From: an uncultured Candidatus Saccharibacteria bacterium
Lineage (GTDB): Bacteria; Patescibacteriota; WWE3; 2-01-FULL-39-13
Direction: 5' to 3'
Length of the DNA stretch: 64,000 nucleotides
Assembly: GCA_964370865.1 (NCBI GenBank)
Contig: CAYJKF010000002.1
Span: 84,719 to 148,718 of the forward strand
Every line of letters begins with the position of its first letter. The first letter of the stretch is position 1. Position numbers and translations under genes: made by a program. This document shows positions 38,657-46,819 of the stretch, piece after piece. The notes beneath the pieces were generated by a model. It saw nothing but the letters and a program-made list of their open reading frames with translations, had not been told where the DNA came from and made no database searches.

Positions 38657-40116
38657 TGAACCACAATTTGCTATTAATAACAAAAGATAAGATTTATTTG
38701 TATTCACATACTGATAATAAAATTTTAAATATTCAGGAACCGGTGATGTGGGTTGAGTCAAATTTAGAGCAAGTAATTGCTCAATTATTGGCTAAATTTA
38801 AATCTAAGAATTGGGGTGTGCTTTTAAATAATGACTTGAATTACGTTATTTCTTTTACTATAGATAAACCTCAAAAACCTAACGAAGAAAAGAGTTTAAT
38901 TAGGCAGAAAGTTATTGAAAAGATACCAGAATATTCTGACAAACTAGTTTGGGACTATAAAATTTTGAGAGATAAAGGTTTTTCTACAGTTCAAATTGCG
39001 GCCTCAGAAAAGTCTCTTATCGAACATATTTACCGAGCTTTTGAGATTTCCAAGATTTCCAAGATGGCTCTTTCATTCATTGAGCCTATGTCTTATTTCC
39101 TTGCACAAGGGGTATCAAAACAAGATAAATATTACGTAATTTTGTATACGTCTCCACTTGAATCAATTATTGCTCTCGCAAATAACGGTTTCATTAGTAT
39201 GGTCACTACTTTAAATAATGAAGATTTAGAGTCACAACTTAATAAATTTTTCGAATTCATTAAGATAAAGATTCCAATGTCATTCCCAATTGAGATGTTA
39301 GTTTCTGATAATAATAATGTGCTTACTGAGCAACTTGTATCAGTACTAGAGAAATCCAATGCCAAAATTACAGCTTTAGATTTGACGCCATTTTTATTCA
39401 AGGATTATGCTGAAATCAAAAGCCGGAACGACGAAGCTAAACTAAATTTAAATAATGATAACAGTTTTGTTGCCGAGGTTGCTCAACAGAGAAATGAGTC
39501 ACCACAAGATTCTCAAAAACCATCAAAGCATAAGAAATGGATTTCCATAATTGCAATTGTAACGATGTTTTTAGTTATGGCTGGAGCATTAACTTATTAT
39601 TTTACAAAAGATGAGGAAACGGAAGAGAACGTTACTGACGTTAAATTAGTTTCGCCAACACCCACACCGGCATCAGAAGTTTTAAACGAAAGCGAAATTG
39701 ACGAAAAAGAGCAAGAGACAATTGATAGTAAGGTTGTCGAAAGGCCAAAAGCACTTGAGAACTTTAAAGGATATAGACTGGAGATTTTAAATGGGTCAGG
39801 AATTCCCGGGGAAGCAGATAAAATGAGAGATCTAGTTGTACCTTTACAATTTGATAGGGTTAATGTAGGTAATGCAGATAAATTTGATTATTTGGACACG
39901 ACAATTCAATTTAGATCTGAAGAAGTTAAACTTGGACAGGATTTATTGCAAGACTTACTGGACAATTATTCTGTAGTTGTTTCTGAGGAATATTTGCCTG
40001 CTTCATCGATTTATGATGTGCAAATTCTAATAGGATCGACGAGGAATCCACAGACATCATCAATAAAGGGGGATTCAGAAAGTCTTAATGGTGGAGTACA
40101 GGGAATCGAGCCATAG
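38656..40116 (+). CDS. Pilus assembly protein: PilM-like cytoplasmic N-domain, TM helix, and C-terminal LytR_C domain
   Basis: Central TM helix WISIIAIVTMFLVMAGALTYYF. C-terminus YRLEILNGSGIPGEADKMRDLVVPLQFDRVNVGNADKFDYLDTTIQF matches the LytR_C pattern (V.V.NGsg..G.A......L...Gf.v..vgna......t.I.y). The N-terminal 290 aa has weak PilM-like character. Confidence 0.45.
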   Translation: MNHNLLLITKDKIYLYSHTDNKILNIQEPVMWVESNLEQVIAQLLAKFKSKNWGVLLNNDLNYVISFTIDKPQKPNEEKSLIRQKVIEKIPEYSDKLVWDYKILRDKGFSTVQIAASEKSLIEHIYRAFEISKISKMALSFIEPMSYFLAQGVSKQDKYYVILYTSPLESIIALANNGFISMVTTLNNEDLESQLNKFFEFIKIKIPMSFPIEMLVSDNNNVLTEQLVSVLEKSNAKITALDLTPFLFKDYAEIKSRNDEAKLNLNNDNSFVAEVAQQRNESPQDSQKPSKHKKWISIIAIVTMFLVMAGALTYYFTKDEETEENVTDVKLVSPTPTPASEVLNESEIDEKEQETIDSKVVERPKALENFKGYRLEILNGSGIPGEADKMRDLVVPLQFDRVNVGNADKFDYLDTTIQFRSEEVKLGQDLLQDLLDNYSVVVSEEYLPASSIYDVQILIGSTRNPQTSSIKGDSESLNGGVQGIEP

Positions 40117-40125
40117 CTATATTAT

Positions 40126-40200
40126 TGGAGCGACCGAAGGGATTTGAACCCTCGGTCTCTTCCTTGGGAAGGAAGCATGTTACCACTACACCACGGTCGC
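40126..40200 (-). tRNA. tRNA-Gly (anticodon CCC), CCA encoded
   Basis: Reverse complement folds as acceptor GCGACCG/CGGTCGC. D-arm GTGT-AGTGGTA-ACAT. Anticodon stem CTTCC/GGAAG with loop TTCCCAA. T-arm GAGGG-TTCAAAT-CCCTT. Discriminator U. Confidence 0.85.
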
Positions 40201-40228
40201 ACTTTCCTATATTATAACTCACACCAGC

Positions 40229-40861
40229 TTATGGTAGTTGAAGATTAGTTCCAGGTATTATAAGTGGATTACCGTTTTGCAAATATCCAACTTTATTAAT
40301 ATCAGCTATTTTTTTCCATTGCTTTCCTTCGCCGTATTTTCCTTCTGAAATTTCCCAAAGTGTATCGCCTCTTATTACTAAGTGAGTGTTACCAGTTATG
40401 TCTCCTGGATTATAATTAACTGCTACCCAAACACCTGGTGCGACTTTCACATTTTTAGTTAGGTTTGAATCAGTTGATGTGCTAACTATTCCACTGGGCT
40501 TATTTGTTGTTGGAGTAGGAGTTGCAATATTTCCACCTTTTTGACTTCCAACATTATTACCTCCAGCAAAACCAAGTACTTTATCGGACACAGGTTGATT
40601 GACATTTGGTGTTGCCAAAGTAGGAGCTTTACTTGGGGTTGGCAACGAATCGTCTAATGCCACATCTTGAGAAGACTCTGATGGTTCGCCAGTTTCCACT
40701 GTTGCTAAAGGAATTTCATTATTATCTCCAGCTTCTTTGAAGTATCGATACATAAAAACAATAATCGTACTGACAATGAGAAGGCCAATTACCAAAAAGA
40801 TGATAGCAACTTTGCCTGTATGTTTACTTTCGTTTACGGTTGTATTTATTTCATCTGCCAT
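40229..40861 (-). CDS. LysM domain peptidoglycan-binding membrane protein
   Basis: N-terminal TM helix, a Pro/Thr/Ser-rich linker, and a C-terminal LysM domain (GDTLWEISEGKYGEGKQWKKIADINKV...IIPGTNLQLP). Confidence 0.75.
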   Translation of the reverse strand: MADEINTTVNESKHTGKVAIIFLVIGLLIVSTIIVFMYRYFKEAGDNNEIPLATVETGEPSESSQDVALDDSLPTPSKAPTLATPNVNQPVSDKVLGFAGGNNVGSQKGGNIATPTPTTNKPSGIVSTSTDSNLTKNVKVAPGVWVAVNYNPGDITGNTHLVIRGDTLWEISEGKYGEGKQWKKIADINKVGYLQNGNPLIIPGTNLQLP

Positions 40862-40934
40862 ATTTATATTTTCTGGGCAGGGAAATTATTAGTGAGTGTA
40901 TTATAGGATATAAACCTCACAGACTCAACTTGTG

Positions 40935-41351
40935 CTAGAAAACCGTATTTTGAAGTTCAGAGTCAGCTGAGTCAAAATCAAGCTTATCAAGAGACTCATT
41001 CATCGAATCGGTGCTTTCATCTAGAGAATCAGTACTTCCATCAATTTCCATAATTAAGGAGTCAGAATCCAATTCGTTTTCTTCAACTGGGGTTGGAGTT
41101 ACTACTGGAGTAGCCTCTGCTGTTGGTGTTGGTACTATTGCTTCCTCATTCGTAGCTATCTTATCGTTTGGAAGCATTTCTAAAAAATAATATAGAGCTC
41201 CTGCAATTAGCAATAGAAATACTATTCCGACCGCAACGTATAAAGGTAATTTACTCCTACCTTTTTCAGGTGTTTCGGTCAGGTTTGTGTTAGAAGTTTG
41301 GTTAATTTGAGTTGTATCTGGTTGGGGTTGAATCGTTTGTATATTTTCCAT
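40935..41351 (-). CDS. Hypothetical membrane protein with an acidic Asp/Ser-rich C-terminus
   Basis: One TM helix (LPLYVAVGIVFLLLIAGALYYF). The C-terminus is rich in D/E/S. No homology signal. Confidence 0.4.
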   Translation of the reverse strand: MENIQTIQPQPDTTQINQTSNTNLTETPEKGRSKLPLYVAVGIVFLLLIAGALYYFLEMLPNDKIATNEEAIVPTPTAEATPVVTPTPVEENELDSDSLIMEIDGSTDSLDESTDSMNESLDKLDFDSADSELQNTVF

Positions 41352-41354
41352 TGA

Positions 41355-41957
41355 TTATTCTAAACTAGAAATTACTTCTCTTAAATCCGTTTTTATTGTT
41401 TTCAATCGACTAATTATACTTCTAGTATCTTCTTTTATTTCCGTTAACTTTGCTTTAATTTCCTCAACTTCTAATTCCTCAATGTTTTCATATTTTACTG
41501 TAAGTTCAGAAATTTCTACTTCTAATTGGTCAATTTCTGTTTGAATTGCAACAAGCTTAGCTGTTGCTACATCGTTTTCGAAGCCACTATCTACGATTCT
41601 TTTTTGAATTCGCTCTACTATTTCAGTTAACTTTTCTGTTACCTTCAATAGTCTTGCTTGTGATTTAGCGGTATGTTCTTTGATAAGTGAAAGTCTTGCC
41701 TGCTGTTGATCAGAGAATTTTCCTTTGAGATTTTCTACTCTTAACTCAGTTCTTTCTTTGAATGCCTTTCGAAATTCCTCGTATTTTTCCATCCTTTGAG
41801 GAGTGGTTTCAGGTTGTCGTTCCAGCCTTTCACGACCGGGGTCAACTTGTAACTGATTCTGTACACCATTTGGGACTTCCCGTTGGGCTATTGAATTAGC
41901 TGGGAAACATAGTAAGGCAAGTGAAATCAAAAAAAGAGGTATATATATACTTTTCAT
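41355..41957 (-). CDS. Secreted coiled-coil protein, hypothetical
   Basis: N-terminal signal peptide (MKSIYIPLFLISLALLCFPANSIA). The remainder is a charged heptad-like coiled-coil. Confidence 0.4.
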   Translation of the reverse strand: MKSIYIPLFLISLALLCFPANSIAQREVPNGVQNQLQVDPGRERLERQPETTPQRMEKYEEFRKAFKERTELRVENLKGKFSDQQQARLSLIKEHTAKSQARLLKVTEKLTEIVERIQKRIVDSGFENDVATAKLVAIQTEIDQLEVEISELTVKYENIEELEVEEIKAKLTEIKEDTRSIISRLKTIKTDLREVISSLE

Positions 41958-42003
41958 ACAAGTAATCTATATAAAATCAGTGTGAATGTAAAGGAATTTA
42001 TTA

Positions 42004-42079
42004 TGGCGGGAGTGACGGGATTCGAACCCGCAACCTCTTCCGTGACAGGGAAGCGCTCTAACCGTTGAGCTACACCCCC
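42004..42079 (-). tRNA. tRNA-Asp (anticodon GTC), CCA encoded
   Basis: Reverse complement folds as acceptor GGGGGTG/CACTCCC. D-arm GCTC-AACGGTT-AGAGC. Anticodon stem CTTCC/GGAAG with loop CTGTCAC. T-arm GCGGG-TTCGAAT-CCCGT. Discriminator G73 (Asp identity). Confidence 0.85.
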
Positions 42080-42181
42080 TTACAGAAGGGGTAACAGAAG
42101 AATTATAGTGAAGTTTAGGCTAGAAAACAATAAATAGAGTTTATCCCTGGTTCGTAATGGGTGATATAATCGGTAAGAAAT

Positions 42182-43369
42182 ATGGTTAGCAAATTTTTAA
42201 ATAAAGACGATTTAGCCAAATTAAAATCCGAAACACCAACTACTAAGAAAATTGTTTTTACCTATGGGACTTTTGATCTAATACACAGCGGTCATGCAGC
42301 ATATTTAGTTGAAGCGAAAAACTTAGGTGATGTGTTAATCGTTGGCGTTACGACTAATAAATCTCGTAGAGAAATGAGAGGAAAAGGATTTCCTCTAGTT
42401 GATCAAAAAAACCGCGCGGAGTTACTAACATATTTTGATTTTGTGGATGGAGTTATATACGTTGATGACCGAAATTTACTTCAACAACTAAAAATACTTA
42501 AACCTGATATTTTTTTTACACACTCTTTAGATTGGAAAAGCCATTTAAGAAAACCTGCAGAAGAAAAGTTTGTTGAGGGATATGGTGGACAGGTCTATAA
42601 ACGAAAACCACAGGGACCATTTGTTTCCTCTTCTATGATTGTAGAATTAGTTGCCGATTTAAAAATAAAAGAAGTTGTCGAATATTTCTTTGGAAAAATA
42701 AAGATTGACCTAACGGATGGTAATTGGAAAGTTGGAGCGTTCTCTGGATTAAAAACGAAAATTAGAACAGAATCATTAGTTTTTCCAGAGCACTTAATGT
42801 CACTTGGATTATTTGGGAGTAAATTCGGAAGAAAAATTATCCCTAAAAATAAATTAAGCATTATCGTTAAAAAATTGAAAAAAGATTCCAAGAAAGTCGT
42901 TCTGTCAGCAGGTTCTTGTGATTTACTTCACGTGGGACATGTTCGTTTCTTTTCCAAAGCCAAGGAAGAGGGCGATATTCTGATACTTGGTATACCAACG
43001 GATAAAATAATTAAAAAGCAAAAGGGTAGAGGACGTCCAATCATAAATGAAAATTCTAGAGCAGAACTTATGTCGTTTTTCCCTTTTATTGATTATATTT
43101 TTCTATTCGATGATGAAAGTATTTTGCAACCTATTATTGATTTACAGCCTGATGTTTTTTTTACGGTCAAAGAAGAATGGAATAATATCGAAAATTCATC
43201 TATATCTGATAATATTAAAAAGTGGGGAGGACGAATTGTTACCGCTCCTCCACAAGCAGATGGACTTTCTTCTAGTAAATTAATTAAACGAGCTGCGGGT
43301 ATTCGTGTAAGAGAACTTTTTAAAGAAGTCCTACATGAAGCCGAGAAACTTACTAGTCTTAAAGATTGA
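42182..43369 (+). CDS. Tandem cytidylyltransferase-domain protein: two HxGH nucleotidyltransferase modules, Pcyt2/TagD-like
   Basis: First module VFTYGTFDLIHSGHAAYLVEAK. Second module SAGSCDLLHVGHVRFFSKAKEEGDILILGI. Both carry the HxGH motif of the CTP-transferase family. 395 aa. Confidence 0.65.
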   Translation: MVSKFLNKDDLAKLKSETPTTKKIVFTYGTFDLIHSGHAAYLVEAKNLGDVLIVGVTTNKSRREMRGKGFPLVDQKNRAELLTYFDFVDGVIYVDDRNLLQQLKILKPDIFFTHSLDWKSHLRKPAEEKFVEGYGGQVYKRKPQGPFVSSSMIVELVADLKIKEVVEYFFGKIKIDLTDGNWKVGAFSGLKTKIRTESLVFPEHLMSLGLFGSKFGRKIIPKNKLSIIVKKLKKDSKKVVLSAGSCDLLHVGHVRFFSKAKEEGDILILGIPTDKIIKKQKGRGRPIINENSRAELMSFFPFIDYIFLFDDESILQPIIDLQPDVFFTVKEEWNNIENSSISDNIKKWGGRIVTAPPQADGLSSSKLIKRAAGIRVRELFKEVLHEAEKLTSLKD

Positions 43370-43851
43370 TGACTATGCATACTGATTATTCTAATTTTAA
43401 AGCACGACAAAATGGAGAGTACGAAAAAGCATGGCAGTCTACCGGTAAATGTGTGTTTTGTGACTTGAGAGATAAATATATTATTTATGAGAAAAATGGA
43501 GTGGTCCTTACAACAAATTTATTTCCATACATCGATGGGCATTTAATGGTAATTCCACGTCGTCATTCTGAAACTATTCAAGAGGTTACGGAGGAGGAAT
43601 GGGTTGAGTTCAAACATATTATCGAACTGGGCTCTGAGTTGCTAAAAAAAACTCTAAAAATAAAGGATGTCTGGGTTTTATATCGAATTGGAGAAGGCTA
43701 TAGGGCTGGAAAATCCGTCGTTCATAGTCATCTCCACTTGATTCCATATTCACTTGATTTAATTAAAATGGAGTATCAAGAATTAAATATTTCACCGCAG
43801 GAACTAGCAGAGAAATTACGAAAAAGTATCAAGAAAAATGAAACTCAATAA
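43366..43851 (+). CDS. HIT (histidine triad) family nucleotide hydrolase/transferase
   Basis: Histidine triad VVHSHLHLIPY near the C-terminus. N-terminal CVFCD. 161 aa. Confidence 0.75.
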   Translation: MMTMHTDYSNFKARQNGEYEKAWQSTGKCVFCDLRDKYIIYEKNGVVLTTNLFPYIDGHLMVIPRRHSETIQEVTEEEWVEFKHIIELGSELLKKTLKIKDVWVLYRIGEGYRAGKSVVHSHLHLIPYSLDLIKMEYQELNISPQELAEKLRKSIKKNETQ

Positions 43852-44362
43852 CCACCAGAAAAATGATTTTATAAAGAAGGCCGCATTTATTGCCGACAAA
43901 TCATCATGTTTATATAAAGTTGGTTGTGTTGGTGTTATTGAAGATGTTGGACAGACTATTCCATCAAGCGCTCTAAAAGATTTATCATATAGAAAAAAGG
44001 ACGGTTTTATATATCTTAAAAGTTGGAATGAAACTTTACATGGCGAAATTTTTTGCCAAGAATGTGATGACAAAGGAAATAAAGTTTGTATCCGGCAAGT
44101 TGAAAATTTAAAAGGTAGAGATTTCCAGAAAGTATGTTCAATTCATGCTGAATCCAACTTAATAGCTAAATTCGCAAGATATGGAATTTCTACAGAAGGG
44201 ATGGTTTTGTTTATAACAAATACGCCGTGTTATGTATGCGCAAAAAATCTAATTCAAGCTGGGGTTTCTAAGGTTTATTATCTAGCTGAGCATACTGACA
44301 CAACAGGAATGGATATACTTAGGACAAACGGAATAATTTCAGAGAAAATTTCATTTAACTAG
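43838..44362 (+). CDS. dCMP (deoxycytidylate) deaminase, ComEB-like
   Basis: Zinc-binding deaminase motifs HAESNLIAKFA and PCYVCAKNLIQAG. dCMP-deaminase-type insertion carrying extra Cys/His (CQECDDKGNKVC). Confidence 0.75.
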   Translation: MKLNNHQKNDFIKKAAFIADKSSCLYKVGCVGVIEDVGQTIPSSALKDLSYRKKDGFIYLKSWNETLHGEIFCQECDDKGNKVCIRQVENLKGRDFQKVCSIHAESNLIAKFARYGISTEGMVLFITNTPCYVCAKNLIQAGVSKVYYLAEHTDTTGMDILRTNGIISEKISFN

Positions 44363-46114
44363 AGTTTGATACAAGCCTGTGGTTTTAAAGCCATTCTTTT
44401 TATAATATTCTCTCGTTCCAACTGAAGATATTACTGCAAGTTTTTGAAAATTATTTTCTTTTGAAATCTCTAAGGACTTTGCAATTAATGTCTTTCCCAA
44501 ACCTAAATGTTGGGTTTTAGCCTTTTCACCTATATTTAGGCTTTCTCCATAAATGTGAATTTCACGAATAATCGCGGCTCCATCCAATTCCTCGATAAAA
44601 TGTGGTGAATCCAGATTAGGCAAAGATAAACGTAAAAATCCTGCAATTTGATTTTCGTTTGTAACAAATTCCAAGAACTTTTCAGAAGAGACAGATGTTT
44701 CATATTCCAAAATTTTTAATTTAAGATCTCCTAATTCGACTTTTTTACCGCGAATTTCTCTATATCTGATTTCCTGTATATCAGCTTTTTGATTTTTGAT
44801 ATTTATTTCAACTGTTTGACGTAGATTAGTTTTTTTATTTCCAACTACAATATCTTGAGATCCAATATCCCTAATCATTCGAGTAATCCTGCAGTATGCT
44901 GGTGTTAATTTATAAGCTTCCTCTAGAACGTGAGTTAGTTCTTCATAAGTATATGGTTTCCATAAACCTTTTTTATAATATTGCATTAACTCTGCGCTAG
45001 CGATTAGTGAACATGGATAAATTTTTATTTCATCGGGCCTAAATTTAGGATCACTAAAGACTTTCTTGTAATCCTCAATATCTTTTTGTGGTGTTGAACC
45101 ATATAAGTTTGGCATCCAGTGCGCGTGAATTTTAAATCCTGCTTTCCTTAATATCGCGACTGCATTTGCAGTAACAGAAGAATCATGTCCTCTCTTATTA
45201 AGCATCAAGACTTTATCATTCAAGCTTTGAAAACCAATTTGTACCTTTGTAGCTCCAAGTTTTCGAATACGAATAACTTCGGTTTCTGTTATTTCATCTG
45301 GTCTTGTCTCTATAACAAGTCCAATACAGCGAGTTTCTGCTAATTCATTCTGTGAGTGAACCGTAAATAATTCGTCCCATGTTGCATGTTCGGTTTCAGA
45401 TTGTGGTTTTTTTGGAAGTATCGCCATCGAAACGATTTGATTATAAGTTTTATTAAACTGTGTTCCATCAATTTCTTCTAATAACTTATCTTCGAATGGA
45501 ATCTCCATTTTCGTTTCAACAGGAGTTGGCAACGTAAAAGTATCGAAATCATTCATAGCATCGAAGCATCTTTTAACAAACCATATCTGATAAGGTTCGG
45601 GGTATGAGGTCCAGGTTCCACCAAGAATAATTAATTCAATTTTATCTGTTGAATGGCCAAGTGCTTTATATGCAACTAGCCTGTTAAAAGTTTGTGCATA
45701 CGGGTCGAATTTATTTCTAGTCGCTCTTTGTGCTCCAGGTTCATCTGATAAATAGCTTTTTGGCATTCGAACATCATTTGGACAAAAAATACATTTTCCA
45801 GGACATGGAAATGGCTTGGTAAGTACGGTAACTGGAGTTACTCCTGAGATAGATCTTACTTCTTTGGATTTCAAATTTTGTCTCAAAGTTTTAAGTTCGG
45901 TAGGAGTAAGGGTTATTTCATCAGTCTTCAAAAATTCAATTAGTGATACTGTTAGATCGCTTTTTTTGAAAATTCCTTTATCTCCCTTTGGAAACTGCCT
46001 AAATGCTGTCTGAATGTCTTTATCATCAGCCTTTTCCATTTTAGCCAGCTTGTAGATTAGCGGTATTGTCTGATTTTTATTCTTATTTATGTCAAAATGA
46101 TAGCTATTATTCAT
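44351..46114 (-). CDS. elp3: Elp3-like tRNA wobble-uridine modification enzyme (radical SAM + GNAT acetyltransferase domains)
   Basis: RSISGVTPVTVLTKPFPCPGKCIFCPN reproduces the Elp3 radical-SAM signature (R.ISG...V.V..KP..CP....C.YCP). C-terminal GNAT motif GLGKTLIAKSLEISKENNFQKLAVISSVGTREYYKKNGF. 587 aa. The start may be the internal Met at 46039. Confidence 0.8.
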   Translation of the reverse strand: MNNSYHFDINKNKNQTIPLIYKLAKMEKADDKDIQTAFRQFPKGDKGIFKKSDLTVSLIEFLKTDEITLTPTELKTLRQNLKSKEVRSISGVTPVTVLTKPFPCPGKCIFCPNDVRMPKSYLSDEPGAQRATRNKFDPYAQTFNRLVAYKALGHSTDKIELIILGGTWTSYPEPYQIWFVKRCFDAMNDFDTFTLPTPVETKMEIPFEDKLLEEIDGTQFNKTYNQIVSMAILPKKPQSETEHATWDELFTVHSQNELAETRCIGLVIETRPDEITETEVIRIRKLGATKVQIGFQSLNDKVLMLNKRGHDSSVTANAVAILRKAGFKIHAHWMPNLYGSTPQKDIEDYKKVFSDPKFRPDEIKIYPCSLIASAELMQYYKKGLWKPYTYEELTHVLEEAYKLTPAYCRITRMIRDIGSQDIVVGNKKTNLRQTVEINIKNQKADIQEIRYREIRGKKVELGDLKLKILEYETSVSSEKFLEFVTNENQIAGFLRLSLPNLDSPHFIEELDGAAIIREIHIYGESLNIGEKAKTQHLGLGKTLIAKSLEISKENNFQKLAVISSVGTREYYKKNGFKTTGLYQTLVK

Positions 46115-46819
46115 ATGAATGCCGAAACGATAGACTCCATTATAAGGTTAAACAACAACTTCTACAAAAAGGTTGCTCAAAGTTTTTCGAATACAAGACA
46201 ACATCCTTGGGATGGATGGAAACGTGTTCTGACTTATATTGAGGAAAATCACGTACAAACTATACTAGATTTTGCATGCGGAAACGGTCGTTTTCTGGAT
46301 TACCTAATTTCTCAAAATATTGAACCTAAATATACTGGGGTGGATTCAAATGAGGACTTGCTAGGCATTGCAGAGAAACATCATCAAAGACACCGATTCT
46401 TTAATCGTGATTTGTTAAATGAAGGATTACCCGGTCGAGAGAAATATGACATGATTGTTTCTTTTGGATTTATGCATCATGTTCCAACGGAGGAAATTCG
46501 AGAGCAGGTTATTTCCAAACTTTTTGATTTACTTAATGAGAAGGGAATTTTAATTCTAACTTTCTGGAGTAATCCAAATCGAAGAGGAATAATTCCACTT
46601 GATAAATTAACAGGCGAAGCTCTTAGGTTAAATAGTGAAATGGGTGAGAATGATTTCTTTTTTGGATGGGAAGGAGATTATGAAACACCGAGGTTTTGTC
46701 ACTTATTCGATGAAGAAGAAGTGATAAAACTCTTAGATAAATATAAACAATTTGAATTATTTAAATCCGATGGACGTACCTCGCAAGATAACATATATGC
46801 TGTATTATTTAATAGATGA
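46097..46819 (+). CDS. trm9: Trm9-like SAM-dependent methyltransferase (tRNA carboxymethyluridine methyltransferase family)
   Basis: FYKKVAQSFSNTRQHPWDGW and ILDFACGNGRFL match yeast Trm9 (VHKVYNEIAPHFSQTRYKPWP and GIDVGCGNGKYL). VSFGFMHHVPTEEIREQVISKLFDLLNEKGILILTFWS matches Trm9 ISIAVVHHWSTRERRVEVIRHVLSKLRQGGQALIYCWA. The start could be the Met at 46115. Confidence 0.7.
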   Translation: MIAIIHMNAETIDSIIRLNNNFYKKVAQSFSNTRQHPWDGWKRVLTYIEENHVQTILDFACGNGRFLDYLISQNIEPKYTGVDSNEDLLGIAEKHHQRHRFFNRDLLNEGLPGREKYDMIVSFGFMHHVPTEEIREQVISKLFDLLNEKGILILTFWSNPNRRGIIPLDKLTGEALRLNSEMGENDFFFGWEGDYETPRFCHLFDEEEVIKLLDKYKQFELFKSDGRTSQDNIYAVLFNR

